Source of the DNA: the human T2T-CHM13v2.0 reference genome, Homo sapiens
Reading direction: 5' to 3' (one strand)
NCBI RefSeq assembly: GCF_009914755.1
Contig: NC_060933.1
Length of the DNA stretch: 64,000 bases
Shown here: positions 27,901 through 43,200 of the stretch, in pieces
Layout: each line of letters opens with the position of its first letter
Numbering within the stretch: position 1 is the first letter of the stretch
The notes under the pieces: generated by a model
The model's input: the letters and a program-made list of their open reading frames with translations, nothing else
Database searches by the model: none
Told to the model about the DNA's origin: nothing
Translations under genes and position numbers: made by a program

Positions 27901-30900
27901 ATCCACTTGCAGATTCTACAAAAAGAGTGTTTCAAAACTGCTCTATCAAAAGAATGGTTCGACTCTGTTAGTTGAGTACACACATCACAAACATGTTTCT
28001 AAGAATGCTTCTGTCTAGTTTTTATGGGAAGATATTTCCTTTTTCACCACAGGCCACAAAGCTCTCCAAATGTCCACTTTGAGATACTACAAAATGAGTG
28101 TTTCAAACCTGCTCTATGAAAGGAATGTTCAACTCTGTGTCTTAAATGCAAACATCACCAAGAAATTTCTGAGAATGCTTATGTCTACTTTCTAAATGAA
28201 GCTATTCCCGTTTCCAACGAAATCCTCAAAGCTATGCAAATATCCACATGAAGATTCTACAAAAAGAGTGTTTCAAAACTGATGTCTCAAAAGAAAGTTT
28301 CAATTCCATTAGCTGAGTACACACAAAACAAACAAGTTTCTGAGAATGCTTCTGTCAACTTTTTATGGGAAGATATTTGCTTTTTCACCATAGGCTTCAA
28401 AGCGCCCCAATTGTTTACTTACAGATACTACAAAAAGAGTGTTTCAAACCTGCTCTATGAAAGGAAATGTCCAACTCTGGAGCTTGTATGCAAACATCAC
28501 AAAGATGTTTCTGAGAATCCTTCTGTGTAGATTTTACATGAAGATATTCCCGTTTCCGACGAAATTCTCAAATCTATGCAAATATCCACATGCAGATTCT
28601 ACAAAAAGAGTGTTTCAAAACTGCTCTATGAAAAGACATGTTCAACTCCGTTACTTGAGTACACACATCACAGACAAGTTTCTGAGAATGCTTCTGTCTA
28701 GTTTTCATGGGATGATATATCCTTTTTCAAAATAGGCCTCAAAGTGCTCCAAATGTCCACTTCCAGATACTACAAAAAGAGTGTTTCAAACCTGCTCTAT
28801 GAAAGGAAGGTTCAACTCTGTGACTTGCATGGAAACGTCACAAAGAAGTTTCTGAGAATGCTTCTGTCTACTTTTTAAACGAAGATATTCCCATTTCCAA
28901 CGAAATCCTCAAAGCTATGCAAACATCCACTTGCAGATTCTACAAAAAGAGTGATTCAAAACTGCTCTATCAAAAGAAAGGTTCAACTCTGTTAGTTGAG
29001 TACAAACATGACAAACAAGTTTCTGAGAATGATTCTGTCTAGTTTTTATGGGAAGATGTTTCCTCATTCACCACAGGCCTCAAAGCGCTCCAAATTTCCA
29101 CTTCCGGATACTACAAAAAGAATGTTTCAAACCTGCTCTATGAAAGGGAAGGTTCAAATCTGTGACCTGAATGCAAACATCAGAAAGAAGTTTCTGCGAA
29201 TGCTTCTGTCTACTTTTTATATTGGCATTCCCATTTCCAACGAAATCCTCAAAGCTATCCAAATATCCACTTGCAGATTCTATAAAAAGATTTTTTCCAA
29301 ACTGTTCTATCAAAAGAAAGGTTCAACTCTATTAGTTGGGTACACACATAATAAACAAGTTTCTGAGAATGCTTCTGTGTAGTTTTTAAGGGAAGATATT
29401 TCCTTTTTCACCATAAGCCACAGAGCTCTCCAAATGTCCACTTCCAAATACTACAAAAAAAGTGTTTCAAACCTGCTCTATGAAAGGGAATGTTTAACTC
29501 TGTGACTTGAATGCAGACATCACAAAGATGTTTCTGAGAATGCTTCTGTATAGATTTTATATGAAGATATTCCCATTTCCAACGAAATCCTCAAAGCTAT
29601 CCAAATAACCACTTGCAGATTCTACAAAAAGTCTGTTTCGAAACTGCTCTATCAAAAGAAACGTTCAACCCTGCTAGTTGAGTACACACATCGCAAACAA
29701 GTTTCTGAGAGTTCTTCTGTTTATTTTTATGGGAAGATGTTTCCTTTTTCACAGTAGGACTCAAAGCGCTCCAAATGTCCACTTCCAGATACTACGAAAA
29801 TTGTGTTTCAAACCTGCTCTATGAAAGAGAATGTTCAAATCTGTGACTTGAATGCAAACATCACAAAGAAGTTTCTGAGAATGCTTCCACTTTTTATATG
29901 AATATAATACGTTTCCAACGAAATCCTCAAAGCTATCCAAATATCCACTTGCAGATTCTACAAAAAGAGTGTTTCAAAACTGCTCTATCAAAAGAAAGGT
30001 TCAACTCTGTTAGTTGAGTACACACATCACAAACAAGTTTCTGAGAATGCTTCTGTCTAGTTTTTATGCGAAGATATTTCCTTTTTCACCATAGGCCACA
30101 AAGCGTTCCAAGTGTCCAGTTCTAGATACTACAAAAACAGTGTTTCAAACCTGCTCTAGGAAAGTGAATGTTCACTTCTGTGACTTGAATGCAAACATCA
30201 TGAAGATGTTTCTGAGAATGCGTCCTTCTAGATTTTATGTGAAGATATTCCCTTTCCCAACGAAATCCTCAATCTATCCAAATATCCACTTGCAGACTCT
30301 ACAAAAAGAGTGTTTCAAAACTGCTCTATCAAAAGAAAGGTTCAACTCTGTTAGTTGAGTACACACATCACCAACAAGTTTGTGAGAATGCTTCTGTCTA
30401 GATTTTATATGAATATATTCCCATTTCCAACGAAATCCTCAAATCTATCCTAATATCCACTTGCAGATTCTGCAAAAAGAGTGTTTCAAAACTGCTCTAT
30501 CAAAAGAAAGGTTCAACTCTGTTAGTTGATTACACACATCACAAACAAGTTTCTGAGAATGTTTCTGTCTAGTTTTTATGGGAAGATATTTCCTTCTTCA
30601 CTATAGGCCAAATAGCGCTCCAAATGTCCAGTTGCAGATACTACAAAAAGAGTGTTTCAAACCTGCTCTATGAAAGGGAATGTTCAACTCTGTGACTTCA
30701 ATGCAAACATCACAAAGAAGCTTCTGAGAATTCTTCTGTCTAGATTTTATATGAAGATATTCCCTTTCCAACGAAATCCTCAAAGCTCTCGAAATATCCA
30801 CTTGCAGATTCTACAAAGAGTGTTTCAAAACTGCTCTATCAAAAGAAAGGTTCATCTCTGTTAATTGAGTACACACATCACAAACAATTTTCTGAGAATA

Positions 30901-30911
30901 CTTCTGTCTGG
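27901..30911 (-). repeat. Alpha satellite, regular A/B dimer block (SF2/SF02-like), about 17 monomers
   Basis: Alternation of ...CCTTTTTCACCATAGG...AAACCTGCTCTATGAAAGGGAATGTTCAACTCTGTGACTTGAATGCAAAC with ...CCCGTTTCCAACGAAATCCTCAAAGCTATCC...CTCTGTTAGTTGAGTACACACATCACAAACAAG. The SF2 (D1/D2) likeness is from recall. Confidence 0.8.
28206..28222 (-). other. First intact CENP-B box in the window
   Basis: TCCCGTTTCCAACGAAA, the reverse complement of TTTCGTTGGAAACGGGA (consensus YTTCGTTGGAARCGGGA). Confidence 0.9.
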
Positions 30912-31123
30912 TTTTTTTTTTATGCTTTTATTTTTAGGGTACCTCTGCACATTGTGCAGGTTAGTTACATATGTTTACATGTGCCATGTTGGTGCTCAGC
31001 ACCCACTAACTCGTCATCTAGCATTAGGTATATCTGCCGAAGCTATCCCTGCCCCCTCCCCCCACCACACAACAGTCCCCAGAGTGTGACATTCCCCTTC
31101 CTGTGTCCATGTGACCTCATTGT

Positions 31124-35264
<4,141 letters not shown>

Positions 35265-35327
35265 TATGATGTTAGCTGGTGATTTTGCTCGTTACTTGAT
35301 GCAGTTTCTTCCTAGTCTCGATGGTCT

Positions 35328-36343
35328 TTACATTTTGGCATGATCTTGCAGCGGCTGGTACTGGTTGTTCCTTTCCATGTTTAGTGCTTCCTTCAGGAGC
35401 TCTTGTAAGGCAGGCCTGGTGGTGACAAAATCTCTCAGCATTTGGTTGTCTGTAAAGTATTTTATTTCTCCTTCACTTATGAAGCTTAGTTTGACTGGAT
35501 ATGAAATTCTGGGTTGAAAATTCTTTTCTTTAAGAATGTTGAATATTGGCCCCCACTCTCTTCTGGCTTGTAGGGTTTCTGTCGAAAGATCCGCTGTTAG
35601 TCTGATGGGCTTCCCTTTGAGGGTAACCCGAACTTTCTCTCTGGCTGCCCTTAACATTTTTTCTTTCGTTTCAGCTTTGGTGAATCTGACAATTATGTGT
35701 CTTGGAGTTGCTCTTCTGGAGGAGTATCTTTGTGGCGTTCCCTGTATTTCCTGAATCTGAATGTTGGCCTGCCTTGCTAGATTGGGGAAGTTCTCCTGGA
35801 TAATATCCTGCAGAGTGTTTTCCAACTTGGTTCCATTCTTCCCATCACTTTCAGGTACACCAATCAGACGTAGATTTGGTCTTTTCACATAGTCCCATAT
35901 TTCTTGGAGGCTTTGCTCATTTCTTTTTATTCTTTTTTCTCTAAACTTCCCTCCTTGCTTCATTTCATTCATTTCATCTTCCATCGCTGATACCCTTTCT
36001 TCCAGTTGATCGCATTGGCTCCTGAGGCTTCTTCATTCTTCACGTAGTTCTCGAGCCTTGGTTTTCAGCTCCATCAGCTCCTTTAAGCACTTCTCTGTAT
36101 TGGTTATTCTAGTTATACATTCGTCTAAATTTTTTTCAAAGTTTTCAACTCTTTGCCTTTGGTTTGAATGTCCTCCCATAGCTCAGAGTAATTTGATCTT
36201 CTGAAGCCTTCTTCTCTCAGCTCATCAAAGTCATTCTCCATCCAGCTTTGTTCCGTTGCTGGTGAGGAACTGTGTTCCTTTGGAGGAGGAGAGGCGCTCT
36301 GCTTTTTAGAGTTTCCAGTTTTTCTGTTCTGTTTTTTCCCCAT
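35328..36343 (-). pseudogene. L1 ORF1, frameshifted
   Basis: MGKKQNRKTGNSKKQSASPPPKE... from 36343 shifts frame near 36150. The C-terminal part ...RPALQELLKEALNMERNNQYQPLQDHAKM* ends at 35328. Confidence 0.93.
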
Positions 36344-37237
36344 CTTTGTGGTTTTATCTACTTTTGGTCTTTGATGATGGTGATGTACAGACGGGTTTTT
36401 CGTGTGGATTTCCTTTCTGATTGTTAGTTTTCCTTCTAACAGAGAGAACCCTCAGCTACAGGTCTGTTGGAGTACCCTGCCGTGTGAGGTGTCAGTGTGC
36501 CCCTGCTGGGGGGTGCCTCCCAGTTAGGATGCTTGGGGGTCAGGGGTCAGGGACCCACTTGAGGAGGCAGTCAGCCCATTCTCAGGTCTCCAGCTTCATG
36601 CTGGGAGAACCACTGCTCTCCTCAAAGCTGTCAGACAGGGACATTTAAGTCTGCAGAGGTTACTGCTGTCTTTTTGTTTGTCTGTGCCCTGCCCCCAGAG
36701 GTGGAGACTACAGAGTCACGCAGGCCTCCTTGAGCTGTGGTGGGCTCCACCCAGTTCGAGCTTCCTGGCTGCTTTGTTTACCTAAGCAAGCCTGGACAAT
36801 GGCGGGTGCCCCTCCCCCAGCCTCACTGCCGCCTTGCAGTTTGATCTCAGACTGCTGTGCTAGCAATCAGCGAGACACCGTGGGCTTAGGACCCTCTGAG
36901 ACAGGTGCGGGATATAATCTCGTGGTGAGCCGTTTTTTAAGCCCGTAAGAAAAGCACAGTATTCAGGTGGGAGTGACCCGATTTTCTAGGTACCATCCTT
37001 CACCCCTTTCTTTGACTCGGAGAGGGAACTCCCTGACTCCTTGAGCTTCCCAAGTGAGGCAATGCCTTGCCCTGCTTCGGCTCACGCATGGTGCATGCAC
37101 CCACTGACCTGCGCCCACTGTCTGGCACTCCCTAGTGAGATGAACCCGGTACCTCAGATGGAAATGCAGAAATCATCCATCTTCTGCGTCGCTCATGCTG
37201 GGAGCTGTAGACCAGAGCTCTTCCTATTCGGCCATCT
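36344..37237 (-). promoter_or_regulatory. L1 5'UTR with sense and antisense promoter region; extreme 5' end and part of the YY1 site missing
   Basis: Recognisable 5'UTR. Minus strand starts AGATGGCCGAATAGGAAGAGCTCTGG rather than GGGGGAGGAGCCAAGATGGCCG. Confidence 0.8.
36799..36948 (+). pseudogene. L1 antisense ORF0, truncated to 49 aa
   Basis: ATG at 36799 gives MAGAPPPASLPPCSLISDCCASNQRDTVGLGPSETGAGYNLVVSRFLSP*. Canonical ORF0 is 71 aa with the same N-terminus. Confidence 0.85.
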
Positions 37238-40200
37238 ACACACACATCACAAAGAAGTTTCTGAGAATGCTTCTGTCTAGTTTCTATGTGAGGATATTTC
37301 CTTTTTCACCATAGGCCTCCAAGTGCTGCAAGTGTCCACTACCAGATACAACAAAAAGAGTGTTTCAAAGCTTCTCTATGAAAAGGAATGTTCAACTCTG
37401 TGAGTTGAATGCAAACATCACAAAATAGTTTCTGAGAATGCTTCTGTCTGGTTTTTATGTGAAGATAATCCAGTTTCCAATGAAATCCTCAAAGCTATCC
37501 AAATATCCACTTCCAGATTCTACGAAAAGAGTGTTTCAAAACTGCTCTATCAATAGAAGAGTACAACTCTGTGAGTTGAGTACACACATCCCAAGGAAGT
37601 TTCTGAGAATTCTTCTGTCTAGTTTTTATGCGAAGATATTTCCTTTTACACCATAGGCCTCTAAGCGCTCCAAATGTTCACTTACAGATTCTACAAAAAG
37701 AGTGTTTCAAAACTGCTCTATGAAACGGAATGTTCAACTCTGTGATTTGAATGCAAACATCACAAAGAAGTTTCTGGGACTGCTTCTGTCTAGTTTTTAA
37801 GTGAAGGTATTCTCGTTTCCAACGAAATCCTCATAGCATTCTAAATATCCACTTGCAGATTCTACAAAAAGGGTGTTTCAAAACAGCTCTATCAAAAGAA
37901 AAGTTCAACTCTGAGAGTTGAGTACACATATCACAAAGAAGTTTCTGAGAATTCTTCTGTCTAGTTTTTATGGGAAGATATTTCCTTTTTCACCATAGGC
38001 CTCAAAGGGCTCCAAGTTTCCACTTACAGATTCTACAAAAAGAGTGTTTCAAAACTGCTCTAGGAAAACGAATGTTCAACTCTGTGAGTTGAATGCAAGC
38101 ATCACAAAGTAGTTTCTGACAATGCTTCTGTCTAGTTTTTATGTGAAGAGATACCTGTTTCCAACGAAGGCCTCAAAGCTGTCCAAATATCCACTTGCAA
38201 ATACTACAACAAAAGTGTTTCCAATCTGCTCTATCAAAAGAAAGATTCAACTCTGTGAGTTGAATGCACACATCACAAAGAATTTTCTGAGAATGCTTCT
38301 GTATAGTTTTTAATTGAAGATATTCCTGTTTCCAGTGAAATCCTCAAAGCTATCCAAATATCCACTTTCAGATTCTACAAAAAGAGTGTTTCAAAACTCC
38401 TGTCTCAAAAGAAATGTTCAACTCTGTGAGTTGAGTGCACACATCACAAAGAAGTTTCTGGGAATGCTTCTGTCTAATTTTTATATGAAGATGTTTCCTT
38501 TTTCACCATAAGGCACAAATCGCTCCAATTGTCCACTTCCAGATACGACAAAAAGAGTGTTTCAAAACTGCTCCATGAAAAGGAATGTTCATCTCTGTGA
38601 GTTGAATGCAAACATCACAAAGAAGTTTCTGAGAATGCTTCTCTCTAGTTTTTATGTGAAGATATTCCCGCTTCCAATGAAATACCCAAAGCTATCCAAT
38701 TATCCATTTTGAGTTTCTCCAAAAAGAGTGTTTCAAAACTGCTGTATTAAGGAAAGGTTCAACTCTCTTTGTTGAGTACACACATCATAAAGAAATTTCT
38801 GAGAATGCTTCTGTCTAGTTTTTATGTGAAGATATTTCCTTTTTCACCATAGACCTCAAAGCGCTCAAAATGTACACTTCCAGATACTACAAAAAGAGTG
38901 TTTCAAAACTGTTCTATGAAAAGGAATGTTCAACACTGTGAGTTGATTGCGAGCGTCACAAAGAAGTTTCTGACAATGCTTCTGTCTAGTTTTTCTGTGA
39001 AGATATTCCCGTTGCCAACAAAAGCCTCATAGCTATCCGAATATCCACTTGCAGATTCTACAAAAAGAGTGTTTCAAAACTGCTGTATCAAAAAAAATGT
39101 TCAACTATGTAAGTTGAGTACACACATCACGAAGCAGTTTCTGAGAATACTTCTGTCTAGTTTTCTGTGAAGATATTTCCTTTTTAACCAAAGGCCTCAA
39201 AGCGCTGCAAATCTCTACTTTCAGATACTACAAAAAGAGTGTTTCAAAACTGCTCTATGAAAGGGAATGTTCATCTCTGTGAGTTGAATGCAAATATCAC
39301 AAATTAGTTTCTTAGAATGTTTCTGTCTCGTTTTTATGTGAAGATATTCCCACTTCCAAGGAAATACTCAAAGCGATCCATATACCCACTTGCAAACCCT
39401 ACAAAAAGAGTGTTTCAAAACTGCTCTTTCAAAAGAAAAGTTCAACCCTATAAAGTTGAGTACACACATCACAAAGAAGTTTCTGAGAATTCTTCTGTCT
39501 AGTTTTTATGGTAAGATATTTTCAACATAGCCCTCAAAGCGCTCCAAGTTTCCACTGACAGGTTCTTCAAAAAGAGTGTTTCAAAACTGCTCTATGAAAA
39601 GGAACGTTAAACTCTGTGAGCTGAATGCAAGCATCACAAAGAAGTTTCTGAGAATGCTTCTGATTAGTTTTTATGAGAAGATATTCCCGTTTCCAACGAA
39701 ACCCTTAAAGCTATCCAAATATCTACTTGCAGATCCTACAGAAAGAGTTTTTCAAAACTGCTGTATGAAAAGAAAGGTTCAACTCTGTGAGTTGAGTACA
39801 CACATGACCAAGAAGTTTCTGAGAATGCTTCTGTCTCCTTTTTATGTGAAGATAATTCCTTTTTCACTGTAGGACCCAAAGCGCTCCAAATGTCCACTTG
39901 CAGATACTACGAAAAGAGTGTTTCAAAAATGCTCTATGAAAGGGAATGTTCAACTCTGTGAGATGAATGCAAACATCACAAAGACATTTCTGAGAACGCT
40001 TCTCTCTAGTTTTTATGTGAAGATATTCACTTTATCAACGAAATCCTCAAAGCTATCCAAATATCCACTTGCAGATGCTACAAAAAGAGTGTTTCAAATC
40101 TGCTCTATCAAAAGAAAAGTTGAACTCTGTGAGTTGAGGACTCACATGACAAAGAATTTTCTGAGAATGCTTCTGTCTAGTTTTTATATGAAGATATTTC

Positions 40201-43200
40201 CGTTTCCAACGAAAGCCTCAAAGCTGTCCAAATATCCACTTGCAGATTCTACAAAAAGAGTGTTTCAAAACAGCTCCATTAAAAGAAATGTTCAAATCTG
40301 TGAGTTGAGTACACACATCACAAGGAAGTTTCTGAGAATTCTTCTGTCTAGTTGTTATGGGAAGATATTTCCTTTTTCACCATAGGCCTCAAAGTGCTCC
40401 AAGTTTCCACTTACAGATTCTACAAAAAGAGTGTTTCAAAACCGCTCTATGAAAAGGAATGATCAATTCTGCGAGTTGAATGCATGCATCAAAAAGTAGT
40501 TTCTGAAAATGCTTCTGTCTAGTTTTTATGTGAAGATATACCCAATTCCAGCAAAGGCCCCAAAGCTGTCCAAATATCCACTTGCAAATTCTACAAAAAG
40601 AGTGTTTCCAACCTGCTCTACCAAAGGAAAATTTCATCTGTGTGAGTTGAATGCACACATCACAAAGAAGTTTCTGAGAATTCTTCTCTCTAGTTTTATG
40701 TGCAGATATCCCCGTTTCCAACGAAATCCTTTATGCTGTCCTTATATGCACTTGTAAATTCCACAAGAAGAGTGTTTCAAAACTGCTGTATCAAAGGAAA
40801 GGTTTAACTCTGTGAGTTGAGTACGCACATCACAAAATAGTTTCTGAGAATACTTCTGTCTACTTTTTATGTGAAGATACTTCCTTTTTCACCATAGGTC
40901 TCAAATCGCTCCAAATGTCCACTTGTAGATTCCATAAAAAGAGTGTTTCAAAACTGCTCTATGAATAGGAATTTTGAACTCTGTGAGATGAATGCAAGCA
41001 TCACAAATAAGTTTCTGAGAATGCTTCTCTCTGGTTTTTATGTGAAGATATTCCCTTTTCCAACGAAATCCTCAAAGCTATCCAAATATCCACTTGCACA
41101 CCCTACAAAAAGAGTGTTTCAAAACTGCTCTATCAAAAGAAAAGTTCAAATCTGTGAGTTGAGTACACTCATCACAAAGAAGTTTCTGAGAATTCTTCTG
41201 TCTAGTTTTTATTAGAAGATATTTCCTTTTTCAGCATATGCCTCAAAGAACTCCATGTTTCCACTTACAGATTCTTCAAAAAGAGTGTTTCAAAACTGCT
41301 CTATGAAAAGGAATGTTCAACTCTGTGAGTTGAATACAAGCATCAAAAAAAGTTTCTGAGAATGCTTCTGTCTGGTTTTTATGTGAAGACATTCCCGTTT
41401 CCAACGAAAGCCTCAAAGCTATCCAAATATCCACTTGCAGATTCTACAAAAAGAGTGCTTCAAAACTGCTCTATCAAAAGAAAGGTTCAACTCTGTGAGT
41501 TGAGTACACACATCACAAGGAAGTTTCTGAGAATTCTTCTGTCTAATTTTTATTGGAAGATATTTCCTTTTTCAGCATATGCCTCAAAGAGCTCCAATTT
41601 TCCACTTACAGATGCTTCAAAAAGAGTGTTTCAAATCTGCTCTATGAAAAGGAATGTTCAACTCTGTGAGTTGAATAAAAGAATCACAAAAAAGTTTCTG
41701 AGAATGCTTCTGTCTAGTTTTTATGTGAAGACATTCCCGTTTCCAACGAAAGCCTCAAAGCTACCCAAATATCCACTTTCAGATTCTACAAATAGACTGT
41801 TTCCAAACTGCTGTATCAAAAGAAAGGTTCAACTCCATGATTTGAGTACACACATCACAAAGAAGTTTCTGAGAATGCTTCTGTGTAGTTTTTATATGAA
41901 GATATTTCCTTTTTCAGCATAGGCCTCAAAGCGCTCCAAATGTCCGTTTCCAGGTACTACAAAAAGAGTGTTTCAAAACTGCTCTATGAAGGGGAAAGTT
42001 TAACTCTGTGAGTTGAATGCAAACATCACAAAGAAGTTTCTGAGAATGGTTCTGTCGAGTTTTTGTGTGAAGATATTTCCGTTTCCAACAAAAGCCACAA
42101 AGCGCGTCAAATGTGCACTTGCAGATTCCACAAAAAGAGTGTTTCAAAACTTCTCTAAGAAAAGAAAGGTTCAAATATGTGAGTTGAGTGCAGACTTCAC
42201 AAATAAGTTTCTGAGAATGCTTCTGTCCTAGTTTTTATATTATTTCCTGTTTCACAATAGGCCACAAAGCACACCAAATGTCCACTTGCACATTCTACAG
42301 AGTGTTTCAAAACTGCTGTATCAAAAGAAAGGTTCAACTCTGTGAGTTGAATGCACACATCACAAAGATGTTTCTGATAATGATTCTGTCTAGTTTTTAT
42401 GTGGAGATATTCCCGTTTCGAACGAAGGCCTCAAAGTGCTACAAATGACAACTTGCAGATTCTGCGAAAAGAGTGCTTCAAAACTGCTCTATGAAAAGAA
42501 ATGTTCAACTCTGTGAGTTGAATGCAAACCTCACAAAGAAGTTTCTGAGAATGCTTCTGTCTGGTTTTTATGTGAAGATATTACCATTTCCAACGAAAGC
42601 CTCAAAGCTGTCCTAATATCCACCTGTGAATTCTACAAGAAGAGTGTTTCAAAAGTGCTCTATCAAAGGAAAGGTTTAACACTGTGAGTTGAGTACACAC
42701 ATCACAAAGCAGTTTCTTAGAATGCTTCTGTCTAGTTTTTATATGAAGATATTTCCTTTTTCACCATAGGCCTCAAAGCACTCCGAATGTCCACTTCCAG
42801 ATACTGCAAAAAGAGTGTTACAAAACTGCTCTATGAAAGAGAATATTCAACTCTGTGAGTTGAATGCAAACATCACAAAGAAGTTTCTGTGAACGCTTCT
42901 GTCTAGTTTTTATGTGAAGATATTCCCGTTTCGAACGAAGACGACAAAGCACTCCAAATGTCCACCTGCAGATTCCAGAAAAAGAGTGTTTCAAATCTCC
43001 TCTATCAAAAAAATGCTTAAACTCTGTCAGTTGAGTACACACATCACAAAGAAGTTTCTGTGAATTCTTCTGTGTAATTTTTATGGGAAGATATTTCCTT
43101 TTTCACGATAGGCCTCAAAGAGCTCCAAAAGTCCACTTGCAGATACTACAAAAAGTGTGTTTCAAAACTGCCCTATGAAAAGGAATATTCAACTCCGCGA

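Noticed and set aside
37238-37285. Possible ~45-bp target-site duplication for the L1
   Set aside because: It has five mismatches against the left flank (30871-30916), which is ordinary inter-monomer similarity, and it is too long for a typical TSD.
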